Shown: positions 17,038 through 25,549, numbered from the stretch's first letter. The stretch: 32,000 bases of DNA from Gammaproteobacteria bacterium (GCA_965279305.1 OZ257143.1:960001-992000), one strand, 5' to 3'. The notes: generated from the sequence alone by a model not told the origin. Program-made: numbers and translations.

Positions 17038-17844
17038 TTATTGAGGGGTGTGATTTGGCATTATTCCAGGAGCTGGAGGCGCATAATAAGTAAAGTTATG
17101 GGGGGCTGCGCGGAAATACTGGCTTATTTCGCCGTTGTATCTATGAGTGTTCATTTCGTCTTGTGGCACGGCTATATTACGTAATTCCCCATGTCTACCG
17201 AATCCTAATAATAACCCCGTCAGTTTGATAAAGTGGACGGTGCAGGCGAGATTTGTTCTTGAAAGATTAATATTATTGATTGTGGTTTTTAGACCTCTAG
17301 TAGGCACGAAACCATCTGTGCGATTTAGAAAGCCCATCCAAGCAGGGATTTCAGTTCCTTCAAAGCTCAGTTCATTTAACTGAGGATTATCCTTTATAAA
17401 TTGAGCAAGATCCTGTTGTTTAAGTTCTGAATCCTGGGTTTCATCAGGGTTGAATATAAGTGTCATTGCGTGTTGAGGAGCATCTTGTAAAGAAAAACTA
17501 AGGAGTGTTCCTGTACTCATGAGCTCTCTTATTTTTCGTGCTAGCTCTAAGGTAATCCAGCATTCTTCATTACTAGGCAATTTAATGCGATCACCAGAAT
17601 AATCAGCATCATCTTCTATTTCCCTATTAGGAGTAGGCTGATTTTCTCTGCCTACAGGGGCGTTGAATTTTATGATGAGATTCACTGCTAGGTTATGGGT
17701 TCTAATATAGTTAATAAAATCAGAGAGTTCTTCTAAATAATGCGTGCAGATATGGTCTCGGTCTTCAAGGGTAGCTGGTTTATTGAGCGCCAGGTTGAAA
17801 TTGTAGACGGTTGATGTAGGTGGCTTATTAAAGATCTCGAGCAT
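17038..17844 (-). CDS. hypothetical protein (268 aa), effector-like orphan
   Basis: Long ORF with its own upstream promoter. No recognisable catalytic motif. Short LRR-like stretch (LNELSFEGTEIP..INNINLSRTNL). Pro-rich C-terminus APPAPGIMPNHTPQ. Confidence 0.55.
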   Translation of the reverse strand: MLEIFNKPPTSTVYNFNLALNKPATLEDRDHICTHYLEELSDFINYIRTHNLAVNLIIKFNAPVGRENQPTPNREIEDDADYSGDRIKLPSNEECWITLELARKIRELMSTGTLLSFSLQDAPQHAMTLIFNPDETQDSELKQQDLAQFIKDNPQLNELSFEGTEIPAWMGFLNRTDGFVPTRGLKTTINNINLSRTNLACTVHFIKLTGLLLGFGRHGELRNIAVPQDEMNTHRYNGEISQYFRAAPHNFTYYAPPAPGIMPNHTPQ

Positions 17845-17884
17845 ATGGGGTATTTAAACAATATATTACAAAGGATTGAGGTAG

Positions 17885-17913
17885 ATTATACAAGGAGGAA
17901 ATAGTCTTTGCAA
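17885..17913 (-). promoter_or_regulatory. candidate sigma70 promoter for the 268-aa ORF
   Basis: Minus strand reads TTGCAA (17913-17908), 17-nt spacer, TATAAT (17890-17885). Confidence 0.5.
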
Positions 17914-17953
17914 GTTGGCGTACTTATTAATAAACCTGAAGACCCTTTCTGTT

Positions 17954-18976
17954 TTAGGAAGGTATTGATGAGCGAGGTGCTTCTGGTCTTTTAAGGGTTT
18001 CTTGTGAATCAAAGCAAAACTCTGATAATGCTTCATCTGGGCTTAGGTTTGTGTAATGAGTAAAACATTGGGTAGCAAACCACTGTGCATAAGTTTCTCT
18101 ATTAGGCGTGAATAAAGCCATAAAATCCCAGCTGATGCCTTCATCGTGATTGAATGTTCCTAGCTTTAGACCTTGATGAAATGCTAAGCCTCTAAAAACC
18201 CATTCATTAATGGCAGCATTACCTAATTTTACTGGTAGCAGGTGTGCCATGAGGTGTGCGAGACGCCCTAGCCACATCAATAATTCAGGAATACCCTTAT
18301 CTGCTTTCCAGGCAAGAATATTTTGGTAGTACTCGTTTGCAAGATTGAAATCCCCTTCAATGTTGCATTTGTTTATATCGATGTATTCAACCATGATCGC
18401 ATTATTTCTGTTATCAAAGTTATCTTTTTGAATCGTTATTTTGGATAATTTTTGTGAATGATTTTTTTCATTTACTTTTTGATCTTTATGCGGAGATTTA
18501 ATCTGTATATTATAAACTCGAAAAACTGCTTCGTTATCAAAAGGGAAAACAACAATATCATCATTTTCTCTAAAACCAGCTGCTTCAGGGGAGATGTCAT
18601 TGATTGTTAAAATTAATTGGTTGGCGAGAGCGAATACCTTATCTTTTTGGCCTACCCATGCTTGCGTACTATCATTTGATTTGAAAACTTCAAATGCAGT
18701 TTGGCTTTCAGGTCTAGGAGTTCCATAATCTTGGGTACGTTTATTTTTATCGCCATGTTTAAGTTCACGGGCAATTTCAGCTCTTTTTTGTGCTAATTCC
18801 CAGTAAAGATGAGCAAAATTTTCAAATGTGTTTAGTCTACTCAAAAAATCACGAATAACAGTTTCACTATGTTTTAACCAAAGAGCTTGGTTTTGGGAAA
18901 ATCGACCTGCTGTATCTGTGCTGGATGCAAAACTACCAGTCATGAGGTATCTTCCTGTGTTTGTAAGATTACTCAT
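17954..18976 (-). CDS. hypothetical protein (340 aa), effector-like orphan
   Basis: Long ORF with no confident family assignment. An alternative start at 18943 (MTGSFAS..) has a better SD (AGGAAG 7 nt upstream). C-terminus KRPEAPRSSIPS. Confidence 0.55.
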   Translation of the reverse strand: MSNLTNTGRYLMTGSFASSTDTAGRFSQNQALWLKHSETVIRDFLSRLNTFENFAHLYWELAQKRAEIARELKHGDKNKRTQDYGTPRPESQTAFEVFKSNDSTQAWVGQKDKVFALANQLILTINDISPEAAGFRENDDIVVFPFDNEAVFRVYNIQIKSPHKDQKVNEKNHSQKLSKITIQKDNFDNRNNAIMVEYIDINKCNIEGDFNLANEYYQNILAWKADKGIPELLMWLGRLAHLMAHLLPVKLGNAAINEWVFRGLAFHQGLKLGTFNHDEGISWDFMALFTPNRETYAQWFATQCFTHYTNLSPDEALSEFCFDSQETLKRPEAPRSSIPS

Positions 18977-19072
18977 TTTTGCATAAAATTATAAAAAAAT
19001 CAAATATCTTGGTAGGTATGGGGTTTGATAGCTACATATAAAAATTTTACTAGACGTGCGTGTTTTTCTAGA

Positions 19073-21031
19073 TTAAGTAGGATGTGCAGATAAGAGCTGA
19101 TGGCTAGGAGCGGCGGGGCGCAAGCGAGCTAGGTGCTCTGCCACACTTAAGGGTTGATAATGTGGAGTAGGGATATCGTATAGCTCTACCGTACCTGCAG
19201 GGGATTCAGAAGGCGCGATTCCATTTTGTTGAGCAATAATAGCGGCTTCAGCTTTTGTTCTTTGCAAAGAAAGAGCGATTAATTCTTTAGCGTCAAAAAA
19301 TATTTCCCTGTGGGCTTGTGACAATCTTTTTATATATTCAGGGATCCCCACTGGCTCAATGGAAGAGTAGACTTGGTTGTGGGCGTTTACAGAAGCGACG
19401 ATATTTTTACAAAAAATATTGGTAAATGCGCTAGCCAAACGAGGTAATTCATTATTATTATTCATAATAAAAGTATGCAGCTCATGTGGCGAATTAAAAG
19501 TGATTTCTAGTTGGTGAGAGTAGATGTCAAATAAGATACTCCAACTTGGCTGATACGTTTTAAGCTCAAAGATCGCATTCAATATATCTTGTATCGTTAA
19601 ATTTTTAATCTCACCATCATCATCCATATATTGGGTACGAATATGAGTTTGATTTTGTTGTTCTAACACCATCCCCAGAATAATCAAATCAATTGAATGA
19701 ACAGAGCCATGTAATGAGGAAGTTAATACATCGCTTTCCTCTAAAAGATTTCCGTTCTTTACCATCTCATCTGCTATTTTGTAGTCAACTAAGCCGACCC
19801 ATATATAGGATTTTTTACCTAAATTGTATTTTCTCAACAACGCTAATAGTGTTTTTCGTAACGCATTATGATCGTCTATACCTTTAAACTCCATGGAGTT
19901 TGGTATAGGATATTTCAAATCTGTAATAGGCGATATTGTATAGTGATCGGAAGAGAGTGTTGGATAAGATTCTGCACGTTCTGCTTGATAATAGCGCTCT
20001 AATTCCCAATCTATCATTTTTAAATATTTTAAGCATTCTGGAATATTTTTCATTAAGTCAGCAATATCTACTATTGCTTTTCTTAAGGCTGCTTCTTTGT
20101 TAGGGTATAACTTTCCATCTTTTTCATCATGTTCAAGAAAATTATTTAATTTATAAGCATCGAAAAGAGTGTCAGAATAATCACCTTTATGAATATGCCA
20201 ATCATTTAGATCAGGATTCAAATTTTTCTGTTGAGGGACAGGTAAAGAGATCCCCTCGGCTTCTAACTGTGTAAAAATACCATTCAATTCAATTTGACCG
20301 CTTGGATCTTCAAAATAAGCTCTACGTAAGAGATGAAATAAATCCCCTCGGTTTATAGGCTGTTTAAATTCAGGAGTGCTAATAATTAAGTGGATAACAT
20401 TATATCTTTTATTTAAAAGCATCTTTTGGAATGTTAAAACATGACCCGGATATGTGCTCTTGAACATGTTATGAAGTAAATCGCTATACTGATTTCGTTG
20501 GCGAGCTTCTGTAATAATTAATTCTGCCATCGGGAGGGATTTTACATAAGCAAAAACTGTTAGTTCTAAAAGATCCTCACTTCTCGTCGTGGTACCGTAT
20601 TTTTCTTCATCTGTTTTTCTATTGCTTATCTCAAATAGGTTAGCACCGGCATTCAGCAATTGTTCGGCAATTTCAAGCTCATCAGCAGCGACAGCCGTAT
20701 GAAATGCCCCCAATGCTTCATGAACTTTAGGTGTTGGAATAGTGGGTTTTAAATTAATATCAACGCTTAATTCAATTAAAAATTGCGCGGATGTTCTTTT
20801 CTTTCCATTAATAGTGGCGTTTAAAAGTGGCTGCTGTATTTCAGGGACGGATGGATCAGGCAATAGAATAGCGCTGTAATTGGCTTTGATAAATGTTTGG
20901 TGCTCTGTAATAAATGCTAATAGAGCGGGGTCATTATCTGTGTCCGAGAAGCAATAGGCAGTAAGCTGGGCTTTTATATAAACCAAGTCTATAGGTGTTG
21001 GTGCAGTACTGGTTGTATTATCAGCCATCAT
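19073..21031 (-). CDS. hypothetical protein (652 aa) with two N-terminal ankyrin-like repeats
   Basis: Residues about 68-134: LLNATINGKKRTSAQFLIELSVDINLK and GAFHTAVAADELEIAEQLLNAGANL fit the ANK helix-turn-helix pattern (..A...G......LL..GA.+N). The remaining ~500 aa carry no recognisable motif. C-terminus RPAAPSHQLLSAHPT. Confidence 0.55.
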   Translation of the reverse strand: MMADNTTSTAPTPIDLVYIKAQLTAYCFSDTDNDPALLAFITEHQTFIKANYSAILLPDPSVPEIQQPLLNATINGKKRTSAQFLIELSVDINLKPTIPTPKVHEALGAFHTAVAADELEIAEQLLNAGANLFEISNRKTDEEKYGTTTRSEDLLELTVFAYVKSLPMAELIITEARQRNQYSDLLHNMFKSTYPGHVLTFQKMLLNKRYNVIHLIISTPEFKQPINRGDLFHLLRRAYFEDPSGQIELNGIFTQLEAEGISLPVPQQKNLNPDLNDWHIHKGDYSDTLFDAYKLNNFLEHDEKDGKLYPNKEAALRKAIVDIADLMKNIPECLKYLKMIDWELERYYQAERAESYPTLSSDHYTISPITDLKYPIPNSMEFKGIDDHNALRKTLLALLRKYNLGKKSYIWVGLVDYKIADEMVKNGNLLEESDVLTSSLHGSVHSIDLIILGMVLEQQNQTHIRTQYMDDDGEIKNLTIQDILNAIFELKTYQPSWSILFDIYSHQLEITFNSPHELHTFIMNNNNELPRLASAFTNIFCKNIVASVNAHNQVYSSIEPVGIPEYIKRLSQAHREIFFDAKELIALSLQRTKAEAAIIAQQNGIAPSESPAGTVELYDIPTPHYQPLSVAEHLARLRPAAPSHQLLSAHPT

Positions 21032-21063
21032 AAGAATAATTAGGAGTAATTCAATAGTGACTC

Positions 21064-21092
21064 ATTATAAGCCGATCAGCTAACAAAATCAA
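21064..21092 (-). promoter_or_regulatory. candidate sigma70 promoter for the 652-aa ORF
   Basis: Minus strand reads TTGATT (21092-21087), 17-nt spacer, TATAAT (21069-21064). Confidence 0.45.
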
Positions 21093-21130
21093 GGTGCTTA
21101 ATCTCGGTTGATGAGTTGATACTGGGTGCG

Positions 21131-21159
21131 TTGACAATAGGCACACATTAGGCTACATT
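21131..21159 (+). promoter_or_regulatory. candidate sigma70 promoter of the toxin-antitoxin operon
   Basis: TTGACA (21131-21136), 17-nt spacer, TACATT (21154-21159). Divergent from the promoter at 21064-21092. Confidence 0.5.
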
Positions 21160-21188
21160 GAGCTATGTTAGGCTGTAAGGATTGTGCC

Positions 21189-21478
21189 ATGGTAGATTTT
21201 GATTATTCGATAGAAAAGAATCAATTATTAAAAGAAACCCGAGGTATTGGCTTTGAAGAAATTATTCTTGCTTTAGAAAACGGATGCTTACTGATACCAT
21301 CGAACATCCTAATAAGAATATGTATCCCAATCAAGAAGTGTATGTAGTCAATATTGATCAATATGTGTATTTAGTTCCATTTGTGAAGAAAAGTGAAAAT
21401 AGCGTTTTTCTTAAGACTATTTTTCCTGATCGCAAAATGACTAAACGGTATTTAGGTGAAAATAAGGTAATTTTATGA
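21189..21478 (+). pseudogene. BrnT-like (DUF497-type) toxin, disrupted by a 1-nt frameshift near 21290-21293
   Basis: N-terminal part MVDFDYSIEKNQLLKETRGIGFEEIILALENGCLL is in frame 0. The continuation DTIEHPNKNMYPNQEVYVVNIDQYVYLVPFVKKSENSVFLKTIFPDRKMTKRY is in the next frame. Joined, they give a ~96-aa toxin-like protein (F.W...K...N..KHG..FEE ... I.....R.A.K.E...Y pattern). The stop overlaps the antitoxin start (ATGA). Confidence 0.55.
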
Positions 21479-21759
21479 AAAAAAGAAATATTCCGGATGA
21501 CCCACAATTAGACGATGAAGAAAAAGAGTTGTTAGCATCTATTCACCGTGGCGAATGGAAAAGTATTAAAAATGTAGAAAAGGAAAAATTAAGAGTCCGG
21601 GAGTCAGCGGCCGCTTATCTTAAAAAAGATGCACGTATCAACATTAGGTTATCTCATCATGATTTAGAACGTATTAAACAAAAAGCGGCTTATGAAGGTT
21701 TGCCTTATCAAACGCTAATTGCCAGTCTTTTACATAAATATGCGGAAGGTCGTTTGTAG
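21475..21759 (+). CDS. CopG/RHH-type antitoxin (BrnA-like)
   Basis: C-terminal RINIRLSHHDLERIKQKAAYEGLPYQTLIASLLHKYAEGRL matches the ribbon-helix-helix antitoxin pattern (..I.IRL...DL..LK.KA...G.PYQTLI.S..HKY..G). 4-nt ATGA overlap with the upstream toxin ORF. Confidence 0.7.
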   Translation: MKKRNIPDDPQLDDEEKELLASIHRGEWKSIKNVEKEKLRVRESAAAYLKKDARINIRLSHHDLERIKQKAAYEGLPYQTLIASLLHKYAEGRL

Positions 21760-21831
21760 AGGCATTAAGTGTTACTGAGGGTGGATATGTGTTAATATGA
21801 TAACTTAGTAATCTATGTTGTCAGGTGATGT

Positions 21832-22554
21832 ATGCCTTCAGAGCAAAAGCTTCCGCCTATGTTTAGCTATACAAGCAACCATCTTATGTTTAGCTATAGA
21901 ACCAGCCATGAAGATGGCAATCGACTTATTTTTCAAATCGTAAATGCAGAAGACTCTTCAGTGTTCACGCTTTACAACTTTGCTGAAATCAATGAAAAAA
22001 TCGTTGGGATGTTAATTCAATTTATATCCCCTTATAAGGCATTGCCTAGTATTGTTTCTTACGACCCCTTACATTGTTTATTGCATGATACCTTGGTTGT
22101 TGTTACACAGAATAATAAGCATGAGGCACATTATCATAGTCATTTGGATAAGCCGGTGGATTTGGCGTTTTTTAAGCAGATTGTGGCTAACCTCATAAAA
22201 GGGACTGAAGAGATTTCTTATCTTCGTAAGAATGATTTGATTAAACGTTATTTATCAGCAGAAGTGCAAGCACCACTTGCTGAAAGCTATCAAGAATTTT
22301 TAAGTAATGGAGTGGTTTTTTCGTTTACGAAACCTATGAAAGAATATCCTGTGAGTTGGTATCTTCCTGGGTGTCCGGGGCAGCGTAGTCTTCCTGAGCG
22401 TAACTCTGCTCGTGATCCTGTTGGATCCAATATGCCGTTGGGTATCGTTTTAGGTATTGTTCTGCTCTCCATTTTATCTTACTGTCTTTATAAAGCGCGT
22501 AAGCAATATAATCCTCCAAGCCCACCACCTGTAAGAAACCACCATCCTGATTAA
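21832..22554 (+). CDS. hypothetical tail-anchored membrane protein (240 aa)
   Basis: SD AGGTGA. A single C-terminal TM (LGIVLGIVLLSILSYCLY) followed by KARKQYNPPSPPPVRNHHPD. The N-terminus has a short duplication (MFSYTSNH / MFSYRTSH). Confidence 0.55.
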   Translation: MPSEQKLPPMFSYTSNHLMFSYRTSHEDGNRLIFQIVNAEDSSVFTLYNFAEINEKIVGMLIQFISPYKALPSIVSYDPLHCLLHDTLVVVTQNNKHEAHYHSHLDKPVDLAFFKQIVANLIKGTEEISYLRKNDLIKRYLSAEVQAPLAESYQEFLSNGVVFSFTKPMKEYPVSWYLPGCPGQRSLPERNSARDPVGSNMPLGIVLGIVLLSILSYCLYKARKQYNPPSPPPVRNHHPD

Positions 22555-22572
22555 CTTTACAATTCTTTACAT

Positions 22573-22609
22573 TTTAATTCACTAATCCTTACATAAAGTT
22601 TGCTAGAAT
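22573..22609 (+). promoter_or_regulatory. candidate promoter with conserved 14-nt box
   Basis: TTTAATTCACTAAT (22573-22586), 17-nt spacer, TAGAAT (22604-22609). 34 nt upstream of the GTG start at 22643. The same box and spacing recur at 24061-24097. Confidence 0.45.
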
Positions 22610-22642
22610 CATTTGGATACTTTTAAATGAGGAAAGGGAATA

Positions 22643-24040
22643 GTGCTTAAGACTAATATTTTATCTTTTTTTTCCATTAGCTTTCTCATTTTAGGGAGTT
22701 CGTTAGTTTATGCTTCAAATAATGAGGCCAACATCAATCATCCTGCTTGTGGTATTAATTTCAATGAAATGCCGCAATATCAAGCAAGCTTTACTTTCCC
22801 CCTACAAGAAAACAGTACTGTTATGGCTGATGAGCCTGAACCGTCAATGAAGACAAAATCATTGGTTTTACGTTTTTATCAACACTGGGGAGAAGGGGAA
22901 AGAACCGGATGGCAAACGCCTATCAATCCTCCTAAAGTCACTTTAGATGGAAAAGAGCTCGAAGGAGCTATAAGCTTTTCATATCAATCAGAAAATTATC
23001 TTCAAGGTTCTGCTGGTCTTGGTATGGATCAATATGCTCAGTACTTTACGGTAAATCTATCCGATGAAGAAATACAGCGTGGATCTCAATTGATTATTGA
23101 GGGAACATTTGAGCAGGTGGCTTATGTTAGTGCAGTTATTTATTCCTATCATGGTAGTGGAGAGCGTACTTATAATCGCCAAGAACAAATTCTAGATAAA
23201 GAGATGAAAATACTGGGAAATGCATGTAATCCCTATATCGAAGGAAATCCTTCTGTTTTTTCATACCCAACTAACGTTTCACAAAGTCAAACGTTGCTGA
23301 ACAATCAATCAAAAAATTCTTTATGGGATCCAGAATCTCTCTCTTATGATCCTCAATCATTTATCGACAATGAAACGGGAAAAGTGGGTGTATATAGATT
23401 AGACCAAGAAACTTCTAAAAAAGTAGTTGCGGATGATATTGCGGCAGATGGATGTAGTCGCGCTTATCTTTTTGCTGAAAAAGGCAGGGATCAAGAAATT
23501 GCTATTTTACGTATTAAAGTTCCCACTACTTTTTTGGGTGAAGGCGAACCGAATAAAATATTTGGTGATTATCAAGCACGATATTTAAGCGTTGGTGCAC
23601 ATAGACAAATGATACAGGATGAAACCACTCCAATTCTGAGCTATTGGACTGTGAATGCAAGAATGTTAAATGAATATAAAGACAAAGAGGGTTATGCGTA
23701 TGTGTTTTTTGCGCCCAACGAATACACTCATCGTATTGCTTTGGAACAAAATACACCAGAAACGCAACCCCCTGTGATCACTTGGGGGAAATATAAGGGT
23801 TATCTTCTAGGCGAACCAGATTATTCCATTATCATACGTTATCGTGATCCGGAACTTTCTTGGAAAGGCAGCCCGGAAAATGCTATTTGTTATGAAAATG
23901 CTGAAACATTGCAGCCTATTGATAATCAAGAATTGGGTAAATATACCCCAGAGATTTTTGCAGGAACTTTAGACAACTTTTTGAATGGCAATATTGGTAG
24001 TGTTAATAGTGAAGCTGCTTGGCCCGAAGTTAAATCATAG
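22643..24040 (+). CDS. hypothetical secreted protein (465 aa)
   Basis: GTG start with SD GAGGAAAGGG. Signal peptide MLKTNILSFFSISFLILGSSLVYA. No recognisable family by eye. Confidence 0.65.
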   Translation: MLKTNILSFFSISFLILGSSLVYASNNEANINHPACGINFNEMPQYQASFTFPLQENSTVMADEPEPSMKTKSLVLRFYQHWGEGERTGWQTPINPPKVTLDGKELEGAISFSYQSENYLQGSAGLGMDQYAQYFTVNLSDEEIQRGSQLIIEGTFEQVAYVSAVIYSYHGSGERTYNRQEQILDKEMKILGNACNPYIEGNPSVFSYPTNVSQSQTLLNNQSKNSLWDPESLSYDPQSFIDNETGKVGVYRLDQETSKKVVADDIAADGCSRAYLFAEKGRDQEIAILRIKVPTTFLGEGEPNKIFGDYQARYLSVGAHRQMIQDETTPILSYWTVNARMLNEYKDKEGYAYVFFAPNEYTHRIALEQNTPETQPPVITWGKYKGYLLGEPDYSIIIRYRDPELSWKGSPENAICYENAETLQPIDNQELGKYTPEIFAGTLDNFLNGNIGSVNSEAAWPEVKS

Positions 24041-24060
24041 ATAATTTAGATTTATATAAA

Positions 24061-24097
24061 TTTAATTCACTAATATTGTGTTAGTGAATAATAAAAT
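24061..24097 (+). promoter_or_regulatory. candidate promoter with conserved 14-nt box plus inverted repeat
   Basis: TTTAATTCACTAAT (24061-24074), 17-nt spacer, TAAAAT (24092-24097). The box is half of an inverted repeat ATTCACTAA (24065-24073) N7 TTAGTGAAT (24081-24089). Confidence 0.45.
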
Positions 24098-24173
24098 TAA
24101 AGATTGAATGGTTAATATCTGTTCTATCTTTGATAAACAGTAGGTTTTTTTCAATTTAAATAGGAGACTAATA

Positions 24174-24416
24174 ATGAAGAAAGTAATTGGCGTAGCGATT
24201 TTAACTTTATGTTCTTATATCGCATTTGCGCAAGAAAGACCTTCTCCTGAGCAAATGGAAGCGGTAGATGCTTGTATGAGTGCAGCAGGTGTTGAAAAAC
24301 CGGAACGAGGCCAAGGTAAACCACCTAAATTAACAGATGAACAGAAGAAAGTAGTTGATAACTGCTTTGAAGAAAATGGAGTTGAACCACCTCCAAGACC
24401 GCGTATGCAACACTAA
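24174..24416 (+). CDS. small secreted protein (80 aa) with internal two-fold repeat
   Basis: SD AGGAG. Signal peptide MKKVIGVAILTLCSYIAFA. Repeat EQMEAVDACMSAAGVEKPER / EQKKVVDNCFEENGVEPPPR. Followed by a strong terminator. Confidence 0.6.
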   Translation: MKKVIGVAILTLCSYIAFAQERPSPEQMEAVDACMSAAGVEKPERGQGKPPKLTDEQKKVVDNCFEENGVEPPPRPRMQH

Positions 24417-24442
24417 ATAAGAATGGAACAAATATAAAACAT

Positions 24443-24471
24443 TCGCCGGACAATTGTCCGGCGAGTTTTTT
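24443..24471 (+). terminator. rho-independent terminator
   Basis: Perfect 20-nt palindrome cgccggacaa/ttgtccggcg (24444-24463) followed by agTTTTTT. Confidence 0.85.
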
Positions 24472-24492
24472 CCCTCCAAAAACTTAATATAT

Positions 24493-24502
24493 TTAGTGAA
24501 TT
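24493..24502 (-). promoter_or_regulatory. third, inverted partial copy of the AATTCACTAA box
   Basis: TTAGTGAATT is the reverse complement of AATTCACTAA. It lies 105 nt upstream of the ATG at 24607 and about 48 nt upstream of a TATAAT at 24550-24555. Confidence 0.3.
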
Positions 24503-24606
24503 GATATAAGAAAGAGTTCTAATTTTACCTCGTTTTCTTTTTATGCTGCTATAATGAAGGGCTTTTTACGATACGTTAATGTTTGAAATTAATAAAAGGA
24601 AATAAA

Positions 24607-25452
24607 ATGCCTACTTCACGTTTAATAAATGCGCCGAATCCATGGAGTGATTGGAAGCCTGGAACATCTCGAGATATTCATCAAATCACCGTCACTGCGG
24701 GAGAAGTAAAATTTGATGTAAATAATAAGGCTTATATTCAAGCGGGCGCTATTCAGTTAGTCAATTTCCGTGAACTATATAAGGATGGTAATATAAATAC
24801 TCCTGATGGGGTTTTATATGTTAACTATTATTTAATAAAGTCTCCTTTACCTGTGCCAGTTCCTTCTTATGATAGACAGAGAGTCAATACTTATGATATT
24901 GATACTTTTAATATTTATCTAGAAGAAGGTGATTTTAATCGCTTATTAGCGTTGGTAACGCAAAATAGTTCTAAGCTGCAATTAACACGGACTGGTAATG
25001 AAACAGTTCCTGGTAAATTAGCTTTAACTTATAACACGAGTTTGTTAAAAGGAAGAAAAGGGATAAGAATTAGTTTAAAAGATGAAAGTGTTAAATTTAA
25101 CCCAACCGGAGAGTTTTATGATCGTACGGCTACTATTACACAATCATTTAAAAATGGCGTTGATCCAAAAAAAAATCTGCGGGTATTTCATTTTCTTAAT
25201 TTGAAACCTGGACAAAGAGTACCTGCTTCTGGAACGGGTGACATACCTGGAGATAAACCTGGAGATACACTTTCTATAATCAATATTTATCTACCCAGCA
25301 CTGCCTTAGAAGAAGTGAAGAAGGCGGTGGAAAATGATTTGCCTTATCATATAGGTGATCTAAACATAACTCATAATGACTATTACCGTGAAATTACGTT
25401 GCAAGATGCTCCACGTCCTGTAGGTAAACCTGAGTTTGCTGCAAAATTGTGA
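24607..25452 (+). CDS. hypothetical protein (281 aa)
   Basis: ATG at 24607 preceded by AAAGGA. The track ORF begins upstream at 24583 at a non-ATG codon. No signal peptide. GD(I/K)PGDKPGD mini-repeat. C-terminus APRPVGKPEFAAKL. Confidence 0.6.
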   Translation: MPTSRLINAPNPWSDWKPGTSRDIHQITVTAGEVKFDVNNKAYIQAGAIQLVNFRELYKDGNINTPDGVLYVNYYLIKSPLPVPVPSYDRQRVNTYDIDTFNIYLEEGDFNRLLALVTQNSSKLQLTRTGNETVPGKLALTYNTSLLKGRKGIRISLKDESVKFNPTGEFYDRTATITQSFKNGVDPKKNLRVFHFLNLKPGQRVPASGTGDIPGDKPGDTLSIINIYLPSTALEEVKKAVENDLPYHIGDLNITHNDYYREITLQDAPRPVGKPEFAAKL

Positions 25453-25459
25453 TTACTAA

Positions 25460-25486
25460 GGATGGGTGGTGAAAACTCACTCATCC
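25460..25486. terminator. weak hairpin between convergent ORFs
   Basis: 9-bp stem ggatgggtg / cactcatcc (one G:U pair) with a 9-nt loop and no U-tract. Confidence 0.3.
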
Positions 25487-25549
25487 TCCTACTACTATCT
25501 CAGCACCAGGCTATCTTCTATATTATGTTGCCCCAGCAATTAATATTAT

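Noticed and set aside
18182-18256. Possible degenerate Fic/Fido motif in the 340-aa ORF (LAHLMAHLLPVKLGNAAINEWVFRGLAFHQG vs HPFxDGNGRxxR...G)
   Set aside because: Only P, G-N and a downstream G line up. The catalytic His aligns with Leu and both Arg residues are absent. This is too weak to call without a profile or structure search, which would be worth running (HHpred) but cannot be asserted here.
21165-21347. Track ORFs 21165-21347 and 21284-21478 as two independent small genes
   Set aside because: They overlap in different frames and together reconstruct one BrnT-like toxin. The tail of the first (IPSNILIRICIPIKKCM) is out-of-frame read-through. The pair is called a single frameshifted pseudogene instead.
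24061-24077. PmrA-type tandem box (cTTAATatT-N2-cTTAATatT) in the conserved promoter boxes and at 24484-24502
   Set aside because: TTAAT-like pentamers are present, but they are spaced 7-8 nt apart instead of 11 nt, and the second half-sites are poor matches. I treat the box as a distinct motif.
25501-25508. cagcacca matching the 3' end of tRNA-Thr, considered as a possible distal att site of the island
   Set aside because: It is only an 8-nt match, which is expected by chance in about 10 kb on two strands. No longer direct repeat of either flanking tRNA 3' end was found.
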